A model generated the notes under the pieces. The model saw only the letters and a program-made list of their open reading frames with translations. It had not been told where the DNA came from and did no database searches. A stretch of DNA of 64,000 nucleotides. It comes from Ranitomeya imitator (Eukaryota). A program made the position numbers and the translations under genes. Where the stretch lies: positions 19,158,001-19,222,000 of the forward strand of contig NC_091291.1 of NCBI RefSeq assembly GCF_032444005.1, in the 5' to 3' direction. Shown here piece by piece: positions 11,784 to 25,666 of this stretch (position 1 is its first letter; each line of letters begins with the position of its first letter).

Positions 11784-14700
11784 TAATTATTTCTTAGCAG
11801 TACATACTTTGTACCGATATTTTTGTGCCGAGGCTTTATTTGTTTCCCACTAGGTTTTCTGTCCTTTCTTCATTTATATTGTTGTATGTTTTTTCATATG
11901 TTTTCAATAAAGTTTACTATTTTTATATATGTGTATGGAACTCCATTTTTCTCTGTGGTTATATGTATTTTGGGAGTATACACTTACTAGTCCCTTTTCA
12001 ATACATGGGCATATGTATTTAAGTCATATTTGACTGTAATTGAGCATTTCATGGGACCCATGTTCTTTTCTGTGAGTTTATTTATATCATGAATGTAAGT
12101 ATGTAGTGTTTGTTTTTTTACGCTGGTAACCAGGGTAAACATCGGGTTACTAAGCGCGGCCCTGCGCTTAGTTACCCGATGTTTACCCTGGTTACCGGGG
12201 ACCTCGGGATAGTTGGTCACTGGAGAGCGGTCTGTGTGACAGCTCTCCAGCGACCAAACAGCGACGCTGCAGCGATCCGGATCGTTGTCGGTATCGCTGC
12301 AGCGTCGCTAAGTGTGACGGTACCTTAAGTAAAGAACACTCTCCAGGAAGTGGTGTTTCATTATCCAAGTATCTACCAGATAGAGAAGACTGCAAATACA
12401 GAGGGCTCACCACAAGGTGCAAACCATTCGTCAGCCTTAGAAAGAGAAAGGCCATATTAGACTTTGCCAAAAAAAAATCTAAAGAAGTCGCCCAATTCTG
12501 CAAAAGCAAAACTAAGATCAACCTGTACCAGAATGATTGGAAGAAGGAAGTATGGAGAAGGCTTAGAATGGCTCATGATCCGAAGCACACCCCATCCTCT
12601 ATAAAGCATGGAGAAGGCATTATGGCGGCATGGGCATGCATGGCTTTCAATGGATCTCTAGTATTTATTGATGATGAGACAAAAGCAGCCAGATGAATTC
12701 TGTGTGTACAGGGTGAAACTTTTGGCTCAAATTCAACAAAATGCAGCAGAGTTGATTGGACGGCAACTTCACAGTATGGATGGATAATGACCCAAAAAAT
12801 CCTGCAAAAGTAAAGGCTGAGCCAATCATCACATCTCTCCCAAATGAAGCTGCATTTCACAGGCTTAGGACAAAACTTAAGCAAAAAAAACCACAAACAA
12901 GCAACAACTGAAGCCAACTGCAGCAAAGGCTGGCAAAACATCACAAAGGAGGAAACCCAGTATTTGGTGAAGTCCATGGCTCCCAGACTTCAGGCCGTCA
13001 TTGCTTGCAAAGGATTCTCTGCAACGTATTAAAAATTTATTTTTTTTACTATAAAGATATTTTGTCCAATTAATTTTGAGCTCCTGAAATGCAGAAGCTT
13101 TGATGAAAAATGGTTCTAAACGTTTCACGGGATATTTCTGTTCAATCCATTTAATTAAACCTGAATGTCTGCACTTCATTTGCATCTCGGTTGTTTCATT
13201 TTATGTCCAAAATAGTGTCATACAGAGGCCAAATCACAAAGACTTGGTCACTGCCCAAATATTCTGACTCCAAACAGCTGGCAAGCAAAGAGGCAGGAAA
13301 CAGGGAGACCAGCAACACCCATTGGAGTGGATCACGCCGTATGTGGGAATTATAAAATGTATTTTTGTGCTATGCAGAGGGGGTTGGAGAATTATATACA
13401 GCTTACTATAAAACTGTAAAAGAGGCCTTAAAGATGGTGTTTATATTGGGAAAACCTGGTGACAGATTCTCTTTAATAATAATTATAATAATATTTTTCT
13501 TCTATAGTGCCAACATATTCCACAGCACTTTACAATTTAGAGGGGACTTGTACAGACAATAAATACATTGCAGAATAAATATAACTCAGATACCAAAGGG
13601 AGTGAGGACCCTGCTTACATGCTACAATCTATGAGGAAATAGGGGAGACACAAAGGTAAATGGCAAAATGTGCTTATGTTGTACAATACAGCCTTAAGGA
13701 AGGCCCACATAAAATAATAAAGCTTATACTCACCTCCCATGCAGGCGTTGTTCCCAGTGTCAGCACTCCATGTCCTGGGGTTTCCATGCTGTTGTTGTGA
13801 CACGAGACGCCGGCGCCCAATCAGCCCTGGCATCACTGTTCCCGCCTTTTGTCAAATTGAGGAAGAAAAGGGAGTCAGAGATCATCTGCAGCTCTTACTT
13901 TCTATTCATGTTTGATTTGTCCGAAGGCACGGACAGTGACGCCAGAACTGATTGGATGCCATCGTCATGCTTCAGAACAACTGCACGTGCGCTGCGGGAA
14001 CGGTGGCAGCACAGGAGGTGAGTATAAGCTGTAATACTTTATCAGGGTCAAACATTTTGATCAAGAAGTGGTTGTATATATAGTGGACAAACCTTTTAAT
14101 ATACTAACTAGGATCTGCACATAACAGCTTAAACCTGTCACCAGCCACTATGTGTACAGTACAGAGACAGAGGGTTATTATGTGAATTGAGAGCCTGTGA
14201 ACAGATAATACGTGGGTCATGATTGTGATGAACATTTTGTATGGGCAACAAGGGGATAGTTAGATAAGTGAGGTGAAGCAAAAGGACTGTCTAAAGACAT
14301 TTGTTTTTAGGCCATGCTTAAAACTGTAGGTATTGAGAACTAATTGAATTGTGCGGGATAGTGTATTTAAAAAAATTGGCGCAGCATGCAAAAAGTCTTG
14401 GAAACGGGAATGAGAGGTTTGGATTACTGAGGATGTTAGTCATAAGTCATTAGCAGAATGAGAGCACGGTAGGGTGGTAGTCTGAGAGGAGGGAGGAGAA
14501 ATAGGGAGGTGTTGCACAGTCGAGCGCTTTATGGGTGAGAGTGGTATGTTTGTATTGAACTTTGTAGCGGATGGGCAACCAGTGCAACGACTGGCACAGA
14601 GTAGAGGCACCAGTGTAACGGTTGGTGAGGAATATGATTCTGACTGTTGCATTCAGGATGGATTGGAGGAGAGAGTTTGATAAGAGGGAGACTGATTAGT

Positions 14701-15224
14701 AGAGAGTTGCAATAGCCTAGACGAGAATGAATAACAGTGACATTAGGCATTCTTGATGAGTGAAAGGCAGAATGAAGCTGAGGGTGTGTTAGATTAATGG
14801 AGATTTATAAATGCAGTGCACGAGAATACAGATTGACTCTGGATGACAGGAAGACGCTATGTTCGAACAATTATTGTTTTGTTGTTGAGTTAATAAAGTT
14901 AAAAAGGAAGAACAAAAAGGCTTACAGTGTGGAGACTGATTGTAGATAACGCATCATTCCACAGATCAGATGCTTTTGCCTGGACTGCGTGTACTATTGT
15001 GAAGGAAGAAAATATAAATTTTCATATTTCCATAGTTCATTCTTAATCTACTTAGACTGCTGAATTAAGTCTTTTATGTTTTGTCCTACAGTTGGAAGTA
15101 GATGAGCAAGAGAACATTTACAGTTTTTCTGATTATTCAGTTACGTCATTAACTGTTTTGCACAGCTGTGGGATGAATGCGATGTCACTACTGGTGCTGA
15201 CACTGCAGATGGGATGGGACTTAA

Positions 15225-16184
15225 CCCCTTAGTGACCGAGCCAAATTTTTGAAATCTGACCAGTGTCACTTTATGTGGTAATAACTCTGCAACGCTTCAA
15301 CAAATCCCAGTGATTTTGAGATTGTTTTTTCGTGACACATTATACTTTATGATAATGGTAAATTTAGTTCAACATTTTTTGTGTTTATTTATAAAAAATA
15401 TAAAAAATTTGAGAAAAATGTTAAAAAATTAGCAATTTTCTAAATTTGAATGATTATCCCTTTAATCCAGATAGTCATACAACAGCAAACCATTAATAAA
15501 TAGCATTTCCCACATGTCTGCTTTACATCAGCACCATTTGTAAAATGTTATTTTATTTTGTTAGCATTTTAGGAGGTTTAAAAATGTAGCAGCAATTTTT
15601 CATTTTTTCAAAGAAATTTACCACATTTATTTTTTTAGGGACTTATCCATGTTTGAAGTGACTTCAGGGGTCCCATATATGGTGAAACACCCAAACATGA
15701 TACCATTTTAAAAACAGCACCTCTAAACATATCAAAAACTGCAGTCAGGTAGTTTATTAACCCTTCAGGTGCTTTACAGGAATTAATGCAAAGTGGCATG
15801 ACAGAAATGAAAATGTGTGTTTTTACCACCTAAATGTTGCTAACTTCTAAACAGATTACTACAGCCATCAGACTCTAAGGTCGCTATTTGGTCATGAATT
15901 GCCATCGCAAACATCAGGACAATAAAATCATGATCTGAGGGCACCAATTGGGATAAAGAAGAAGCCCCCACACACTGTTAACCATTTATAATGATGTAGT
16001 CACTATTGACAGCAGCATCTAAGGGGTTAAACAGATTTAGAAGGTGCAAATACTGATCGTGGCTGATACAGCAAGTTTTCAGCTATAGTGTACAACCAAC
16101 AGATGCTGGATTGTCATCTGTATGGGGAGGCTATTCTCTTATATCTCAGGTCAGTTAAAAGACGTATTGGCGGTCATTAAGGGG
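15225..16184. mobile_element. TTAA-targeting (piggyBac-like) non-autonomous element upstream of IRG1
   Basis: TTAA|CCCCTTAGTGACCG ... CGGTCATTAAGGGG|TTAA; absent from the paralogous site upstream of IRG2 (about 31900). Confidence 0.8.
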
Positions 16185-16272
16185 TTAAAACTGTAGCAAA
16201 ATCAGTATAGACTTTAGTGAGTAAAGATCGAGCTCTCACCAAGGCAATTTCTCTTCAGATTAATAACTGATA

Positions 16273-17469
16273 ATGGATTCTTCTATCAACATCATCAGTG
16301 AAGAAGAAGTCCAGAACATTCGGTCGGCTTTACAAGAAGGAGACATCTGTACAGCAACTGAAAGACTCGCGGAATCCCTCAGGGAAATAGAAAATGCCCC
16401 GTTGAACATTGCTATCATGGGTGAGTCAGGAACAGGAAAGTCCACTTTTGTCAATGCCATCCGTGGCATGGGCAATGAAGAAGAAGGCTCAGCCAAAACT
16501 GGTGTGGTAGAGACAACAGAGGTGCCAAGTCCATACAACCATCCTCAGTATCCTAATGTAACTGTTTGGGATCTTCCAGGAACAGGAACTCCAAATTTTG
16601 TGGCAGACGGTTATCTCCAGTCTGTTAAATTCAGTCGTTATGACTTTTTCATCATCTTATCATCGGAACGTTTTAAGCAAAACGACATTGACCTAGCAAA
16701 AGCGATTCAAGCTATGAACAAGAAATTCTACTTTGTGAGATCCAAAGTTGACTCCGACGTGCATGCTTCCATGATCCGAAGGAAGAAGACGTTCAATGAA
16801 GAGAATGCGCTGAATGAAATTAGAAATAACTGCATTCAAAGTCTTATAGAAGGGGGAATCCCACAGCCTCAAGTGTTTCTCCTCTCAGTCCTGGACCTGG
16901 ACAAGTACGACTTCCTCGAAATGCAGGACACTCTAGAAAAGGAACTTCCAGAACACAAGAGACACATATTCCTGATCTCTCTACCCCACATTTCTCTGCC
17001 AGTCCTTGAGAAGAAGCGTCAGGCTTTCAAGAAGGACATATGGAAGTTGGCTCTTCTTTCTGGTGAAGTGGCTATGGTCCCAGTACCAGGTCTGTCTGTG
17101 GCTTGTGATATAGGAATCCTGGTGAAAGCCATGACAAGCTATAAGAATGCATTTGGCTTGGATGAAAACTCTCTGGAAAGGTTGGCTGACAAGTTTGGTA
17201 AAGACGTCAGTGAATTAAAATCAGTGATCAAGTCCCCTTTTGTTTTAAAAGAGATAAATAAAGAGTTTGTCGCCACTTTAATAGCCAGAGGGGCCGCCGG
17301 GGGTCTCATGATAGTTGAGTATGTTGTTAGTAATGTCCCAATGGTAGGTAGCCTGGCAGCAGGGGGCATCTCCTTTGCTACCACTTATTGGATGCTCTAT
17401 GGCTTTCTTAAAGAGATTGCTGAAGATGCAGTGCGTGTTCTTACGAAGGCATTGGAGTCACCCGTTTAG
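16273..17469 (+). CDS. irgc: Immunity-related GTPase (IRG/p47, interferon-inducible GTPase 5 / IRGC-like), 398 aa; 'IRG1', type B
   Basis: Uninterrupted ORF with G1 GESGTGKS, switch I AKTGVVETT, G3 WDLPG, YDFFII, G4 RSKVD, LPEHKRH and C-terminal PVPGLSVACD. A splice acceptor (tttctcttcag, AG 16257-16258) lies 14 nt before the ATG, as expected for an IRG with the whole CDS in one exon. The symbol reflects family and synteny; exact orthology is not tested. Confidence 0.95.
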   Translation: MDSSINIISEEEVQNIRSALQEGDICTATERLAESLREIENAPLNIAIMGESGTGKSTFVNAIRGMGNEEEGSAKTGVVETTEVPSPYNHPQYPNVTVWDLPGTGTPNFVADGYLQSVKFSRYDFFIILSSERFKQNDIDLAKAIQAMNKKFYFVRSKVDSDVHASMIRRKKTFNEENALNEIRNNCIQSLIEGGIPQPQVFLLSVLDLDKYDFLEMQDTLEKELPEHKRHIFLISLPHISLPVLEKKRQAFKKDIWKLALLSGEVAMVPVPGLSVACDIGILVKAMTSYKNAFGLDENSLERLADKFGKDVSELKSVIKSPFVLKEINKEFVATLIARGAAGGLMIVEYVVSNVPMVGSLAAGGISFATTYWMLYGFLKEIAEDAVRVLTKALESPV

Positions 17470-17493
17470 GCATCTTTATCCTATACAATAATA

Positions 17494-19098
<1,605 letters not shown>

Positions 19099-21081
19099 TA
19101 TATAGAAAATACTACTAGACATGGGATACAATGAAAACATCTTTGACAAAATAATTAAAAACTGATTCAATGATTTATAAACGTGAGGCAACAAAGTTTT
19201 ACATTATCTTTGTGTTTGCTATCGTAGATTTAAAGTTGACACCTTCAGTGGAGGGGAATATATATATTTTTCTTACTGTACTTTTTTCACTTTACTTTTG
19301 AGATTCTTTAAAAATGTCGCACTTTGTTATTGCCTTACAGCCAAATTGTCTATTGTTGGACAATTACTCGATCTGACTGAGAATATGTCTCTTATCTGTC
19401 TTTTACTGATCTCCTTTCAGCTGATTTATGACCACATGAAAGATCAGCCGTCCTTCGATGTGGTCTGTGGTCATAAATCAGCGGAGAGGATCTCCGTAAA
19501 AGATGGATAAGAGTTACAACCTCTCATTCACAAGGAGCTCACTGACAGATTCAAAGGTTTGTTTACACAGGACGACCTGGCATAATAAGGCTTGACCAAG
19601 GACCAGGCAGGTCTGAAACATGTTGCCTGCGAGCGCAGCGGATATTTATTTTCTGCCTTTTAATTTTTGTGCTGTTGTGTTCAACCATAATTTGTGCCTT
19701 CATGATGAGGCTTCATGCACACAACCTGGTGATACTTGTATAGGTAAAACTAGTACCGGTGAGATCCATGGTCGGTGTCCGTGTGGCCATGTGCTGCATC
19801 CATGTGTCCATGTGACATCTGTATATCCGCGTGCTGTCCGTGCGCAATCTGCGGGCTGTCCATGTGCAATCAATGTGCTGTCAGTGTGACCCGTATGGAA
19901 TGAAATGCAGCATAAAAATTAAAACGTTTTATGTATCAAAGATGTTCAGAGATAGATAGCGATGAGGAACATGATAGATACATAGAAGAGAAATATATCT
20001 GTGTGCTATATAATCATATAATCAGTGCTTTGTATGTTTCTTTCTCTGTACTTGTTTTTGATTTCTAACTAATTAAATTGCATTAAAAAAACAATCTGTG
20101 TGGACTCCCGTGTAATTTTTATAACCAGCAGAGGGAAAGCTGACCGCTTGTGGCTAATATTAATAATCTGGGAAAGGGGCCTTTAGACCTAAATGTTGCC
20201 AGGATATTAATAATGGCGCACAGCTGTTTGCTTAACCTTTACTGGTTAGTTTATAGGGGTACTCCAAAAAAGTGATGTAGGGTCTCCCTATAAATTCTAA
20301 CCAGGAAAGGCTAAACTGACAGCTGTGGGTTAATATTAATAGCCTGGGAAGGGGTCATGGATATTGTTCCCCCTTCCCAACCTAATAACATCAGCCCTCA
20401 GTAGCCCCAGAAATGGTGCATCAATAAGATGCACCAAATCTGGCAATTATCCTCACTCTTCCCACTTGCCCTGGTGCGGTGACAAGTGGGGTAATAGGGT
20501 TGGGGTTGATGTCAGCCCAGGGATTAGTATGGAGAGGTGTTTATCAGACACCCCCATTAATAACCCCATAGTCATACTACATAGCCAGAAAAAAGACTTT
20601 TAATTGAAATAAAAGACAGCCCACCCTCATTTTCCAATTTATTACATAAAAATTCCTATTGTTCTAATCTCGGAAAGGGGACAATATCCTAAAAAGTTCC
20701 CAGGCTATTAATTACAGCTTACAGCTGTTTTCTTAGCCTCTACTGGTTAATTTACAGGGGACCCCAGAAAAAAATAACGTAGGGTCCTGCGTGTGGCTAG
20801 GGAACTTCAACACAGCTTCCCAAACATGTGATAAACCCCAGTTCATTTATGTTTTAAGGAGGGGGGAGGGGTAATCACTTTTTTCACACAGGGCCCTGTA
20901 GGTTTGGATTTCTTGTCCCCTTAATATTAAAGACCTTTATTTATAAACTAAATTTTGTAGATACTTGTTTTATCTTTGTCTAATATTTACATTTGTCTGG
21001 TGATTGGAAACATTTAATTGTGACAAACATGCAAAATAATAGGAAATCAGGAAGGGGGCAAACACTTTTTCACACAACTGT

Positions 21082-22975
21082 AGTTTCTATCTTTCACACT
21101 ACATACAAGCACCTGCCTATGAGGTACAACCAACAACTTGAATAAGTAAATACGACACAAGAGGTCTCCGAATCTAGACGATCTGTCCATAGATGGGAAA
21201 AAAAGGAGAAGAAACCAGATATGAAAAGGAAGCTACTCCGAGTGAAGGGCCACAGCTTATAACACACAGAAACCAATGCGACTTTTAGGGTTTGTCTTGC
21301 AGACAACTATAAAACATTATACTCAAGTCTGAAATGTTATAAAGGTCCAAAAAGACACCTGCGATCCCCGGATATCCTAAGGCTACGGTCATGGCCCAAA
21401 AACCTGTCCGATCTTCATCCAAAAAATATCAGATGTTTTTTCATCTCTATTGTCCCCTGTATGCCATCTTATATTATGCATCCAATTTACAAGACCAAAA
21501 TCAGTTCCCTACGTCAAGAATGGTACTGTATTTTCTGGCGTATAAGACTACTTTTTAACCCCTGAAAATCTTCTCAAAAGTCGGGGGTCGTCTTATACGC
21601 CAGGTGTCGTCTTATGGGGCAGGTGCGGAGTAATCTGCGGTCGCCGCATATTGTGGGGGGAGCGGTCCCAATGACAAGGTGAGGGGACGCCTCACCGGGA
21701 AGGTGTAAGTGAAGCAGAGGCAGAGAAGGAGATAATAGGATACAAGGGCGAGCCAGATGAGTGAAAGAGGAGTGTTTTTCTAGGCACAGCACCGCTCTCT
21801 CTCTTTTTTGCATACCCCTGGCATCCCAGACGCTGACAGTTTGCTTCACTTACACCTTCCTGGTGAGGCGCTAAATGTAAAAATCGGATGCTCTTTGGAT
21901 GATTTCTTTGGGATCCGATTTTTTATTTTTTTTTGTACATACCTAAATTTGAAGAGTTTCATTCAAAATATGGAATTGAATAGTGTATGGTGCAATTTTA
22001 TTTCACATGAACAATCAGTCCACGTTAAAACCTGTCATTTGGACAGGCAAGTTGAATGACATTGGTTCCGATGCTGTCCATGTGAGCTCAGTTTCTCCAC
22101 AGTGACCACTCGGACCTGTTGTGTGAACATAGCCTAGAAATGAGCTAGTGCTACAAGCAGGCGAGGTTGGGACAAGGCATGTAATGATCCTCAATAGACA
22201 TTTTGACATAGCTTTGGAAGACCTGGCCCGTCCATGATATACGGTATATGGTTGGATTTTCATTTGAATGTAATACAACACCACCCCTGACATTGATGGC
22301 CAAATGGAGCTTCTCTAGGATGGCGACTTTTAGAGAAGTGGTTGTCTTAACCACTTCAGAACAATTTTTGAGGCAAACTGTATTTTCGACACAGAAACCT
22401 TTGCAGACTGTTAAATCGTAAGAATGATTTTTTTTTAGATTTTATACAGTTTGGAACTTTGTACCAGACCACAGTGCCCGATTCATAAGGTGAGTCCCAG
22501 GGAAGATCATAGAATCCTAGAATGTTAGAGTTGGAAGGGACCTCAAGTGTCATCGTTTCCAACCTCCAGCTCAATGCAGGAGTCGCTAAACCATCTCAGA
22601 TGTCTGTTCAGCCTCCATTGAAGGAGAACGCATTCATGGCAGCCTGCTCCACTCATTGATCACTCTCACTGTCAAAAAGTTTTTTCTAATACCTAATCTG
22701 TGTCTTATCCCATTGCTTCTCGTCTTTCCTTGCGCCAATGAGAATAAAGCTGATCCCTCTAAGGAGGGGCAGCCCTTGAGATATTGGAGTTATTTATCTA
22801 ATCCTTCTACTCAACCCACATTGAGTTTTAACGTGTCCTCTTCCCGCTCTTCTCTCAGCAATTCAGACTGAAGAAAGGCAAAGGCTATAGATTCCCAAAT
22901 TTCAGTTCCTGAAATTTAATTGCAGAAAAACTTTTTTCCTAAATCAGAAATTTTGTAAAGTTAGAAAAAGTTCGT
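21082..22975 (+). pseudogene. Second degenerate relic of an IRG3-type gene (duplicate of 633-2520)
   Basis: Near-identical to 633-2520. ATA at 22887-22889 replaces ATG; the frame reads IDSQISVPEI*LQ vs MDSQFIVPENELQ. Confidence 0.7.
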
Positions 22976-23594
22976 GTTACAGTAAAGAAGGGGTTCAGTT
23001 ATGAACAACAGGGGGATATCCAGCTACCGAAAAAAAATCTATAAAAAAAACTTTCTATTTTTCATATGCTCTAAAAAAATAGAAATATATGAAAGTAGAA
23101 AAACTTTTCCCACGCGATTCGAGCGTTAAAAGCTCTTAATCATAGCACTATAGCTATCCAAATGAGTGTCGTTCAAACCGTTCCCTTCTGGAACCTATCC
23201 CTCTCCCCCACATGTGTAAAGGAGAAAAACCTATCACAACTAGAAAACATGTAAATGTATATAATACTTATCTCAAGCACACCTCACTGGCCCATGCATA
23301 GTGACTAGTGTTGAGTGAACGTGATCGGATAAGGCGTTATCGGAGGATGATTGGGGGATGATTGGCATGTTCAAATAATATGTTTGAGTCCCCACGGCTC
23401 TTCAACAGCCGCAACACATGCAGGGATTGCTTGTTTGTTAGGAATCCCTGCATGTGTTGCGGCTGTCGAAGAGCCGCGGGGATCACAAATATTTTTGTAG
23501 AACGCCGAAGACACTCAGTTAGCAACTGAGCATGCTCTGATAACGCCTTATCCGATCATGTTCGCTCATCACTAGTCACTAATAGTGACCTGTC

Positions 23595-24372
23595 ATGAGC
23601 CAGTTTATCGCCACCTTCTTGATAAAACACAGTGGACCTACACCAGCAGATGACATGGCTCCCCAAACCATCACTGATTGTGGAAACTTCACACTAGACC
23701 TCCAGCAGCTTGGATTGTGGCCTCTCCACTCTTCCTCCAGACTCTGGGACCTTGATTTCCAAATGAAATGCAAAATTTACTTTCAACTGCAAACAACACC
23801 TTGGACCACCGACAACAGTCCGGTTCTTTTTCTCCTTGGCCCAGGTAAGACGCTTCTGGCATTGTCTATTGGTCATGAAGTGGCTGACACAAGGAATGTG
23901 ACACTTGTAGCCCATGTCCTGGTACGTCTGTGTGTGGTGGCTCTTGAAGCAATGACTCCAGCAGCAGTCCACTCCTTGTGAATCTCCTCCAAATTTTTGA
24001 ATATCCTTTTCTTAATGCGGTTTTCCCGGTTGCTTGTGCACCTTTTTCTACCACACTTTTTCCCTCCACTGAACTTTCCATTAATATGCTTGGATACAGA
24101 GCTCTGTGGACAGCCGGCTTCTTTAGCAATGACCTTTTGTGGCTTACCCTCCATGTGGAGTGCGTCAATGACTGCCTTCCGGACATCTGTCAAGTCAGCA
24201 GTCTTCCCCATGATTGTGGAGCTACTGAAACAGACTAAGGGACCTTTTTAAACGCTTAGGAAGCCTTTACAGGTGTTTTTTGTTAGTTATTCTAATTTAT
24301 TGAGATAATGACTTTTGGGTTTTCATTGGCTGTAAGCCATAATCATCAACATTAAAAGAAATAAACACTTGA
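23595..24372 (-). mobile_element. Truncated Tc1 (duplicate of 3169-3960), further frameshifted
   Basis: ORF fragments 23873..24211, 23694..23972 and 23579..23773 correspond to 3153..3797. Confidence 0.85.
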
Positions 24373-25034
24373 AATAATGTACATATATATAGAAATATAC
24401 CTATATACTTTATATACACAGACTATAGACACATGACTTGCACATATATACTAATGGGCCATCGTACAGTGTGGGGGCCACGGTAGGGACCATAATACAG
24501 CATGAGGGCCCCTGTGGGGACTATCATCTTTTGGGCCACTGTAAGGGCCATTATATAGCATGGGGGTCACTGGGAGGACCATCATACAATGTGGGGGGCC
24601 ACTGTGAGGGCCATCATACCTCGAGGGTGTCACAGTTGGGGCCATCATACAGTGAGGGGGGACTGTTGGTACCATCATATAGCATGCAGGTCACTGTTGG
24701 GTCCATCATACAGTTTGGGGGATACTGTGGGGGCCATTATACAGCACCTGTGCTATTTGGCGGCCCTAATATAGAGTTGGGGCTACTGTAGAGGATGTCA
24801 CACTGTAAGGTGACTACTATGGAGGCTATCATACAGCATGGAGCCTAGTGTGAGGGTCATCATATAGCGTGGGGGCATCATACAGCATGTTGACTACTGT
24901 GGGGGTATCATACATTGCAGGGGTATTATACTATAGGGAAGCTGTGGGCCCATCATACTGCATATAGGAGAGCCGAGGACCCATCAAACTATATACAGGG
25001 GAGCTGTGGAAACATCATACTATGTACAGGGGGA

Positions 25035-25666
25035 TAATATAATAGATACAGCCCAACATGGACCAAAACATATGCGATCTCATACACATGCATGTAGCCA
25101 TGTGTTCACACCGTGAAAAGCAGAGATCGCATAACTATAAATAACTACCGGTACTAAGGACACTCCAATAAGCATACATAGAAACCAGGAGAAAAAATAG
25201 GAGTATACGTCCAAGGTTTTTTATGTAAGAGGGTATCAAATACAAATTTTATTTCATCAAAAATATAAATACAAACACATCACATAGCATGACAAATTGT
25301 ACATTGTGACAATGAGGGAGAAGTAAGGAACAACACTGAAAAAAGCCGGGGGAAACCACTGGAAATGTCCGTATTATAAGGTAAGGTGCAGCTAGTGCAT
25401 ATCACAGAATGGGTAAGTAGTAAGTTACACGGAAACTGTCAGTATTAGGCACTGCATCATATATCCCCAATCAAGAGTTACAACCCGGTACAACGCACTA
25501 AGTGTCAACCATCCATGTCAGAATCTTACCCATTCTACGGACCACCAGGAGTTACCACCGGAGCCCCAACGCGCGTTTTGCGTCGGCTTCGTCAAATTTG
25601 CATTTGATACCCTTTTACATAAAAAACCTTGGATGTATACTCCTATTTTTTCTGCTGGTTTCTATG
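25035..25666. mobile_element. Penelope-like retroelement fragment specific to duplication copy 2
   Basis: 14-bp direct repeat TATGTACAGGGGGA at 25021-25034 and 25667-25680; internal inverted repeat about 25175-25250 vs 25598-25672; degenerate hammerhead-like core on the minus strand at about 25563-25597. Confidence 0.55.

Larger units (their letters stand above)
9402..12089. mobile_element. Retroelement-like (Penelope-type?) insertion with long internal inverted repeat
   Basis: 16-bp direct repeat TGAATGTAAGTATGTA at 9386-9401 and 12090-12105. Arm 9400-9759 is the near-perfect inverse of 9862-10043 plus 11784-11963. The family assignment is inference. Confidence 0.55.
8911..12325. mobile_element. 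PIF/Harbinger-type MITE carrying nested insertions
   Basis: TIRs AGGTACCGTCACAC / GTGTGACGGTACCT; TAA duplication (8908-8910, 12326-12328); single TAA at the empty site near 28829. A related element starts near 39859. Confidence 0.8.
7540..13275 (+). mobile_element. Decayed Tc1 of a third family, split by nested insertions
   Basis: Left end TA|CAGTTAGATCCAGAAATATTTGGACAGTGAC, with a degenerate inverse near 13247-13275. Transposase remnants include ...EAITKEETQYLVKSMAPRLQAVIACKGFSATY-like text in ORF 12844..13032. Confidence 0.8.

Noticed and set aside
14010-14030. GAG|GTGAGTAT donor conserved in both duplicate units (also near 29685) as IRG exon 1
   Set aside because: It is one arm of an inverted pair (CTTATACTCACCTCC near 13723) typical of local MITEs, and no promoter motifs were seen nearby.
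16217-16258. GTGAGT donor just upstream of the IRG1/IRG2 acceptors
   Set aside because: It would give a 42-46 nt intron, below the usual vertebrate minimum.
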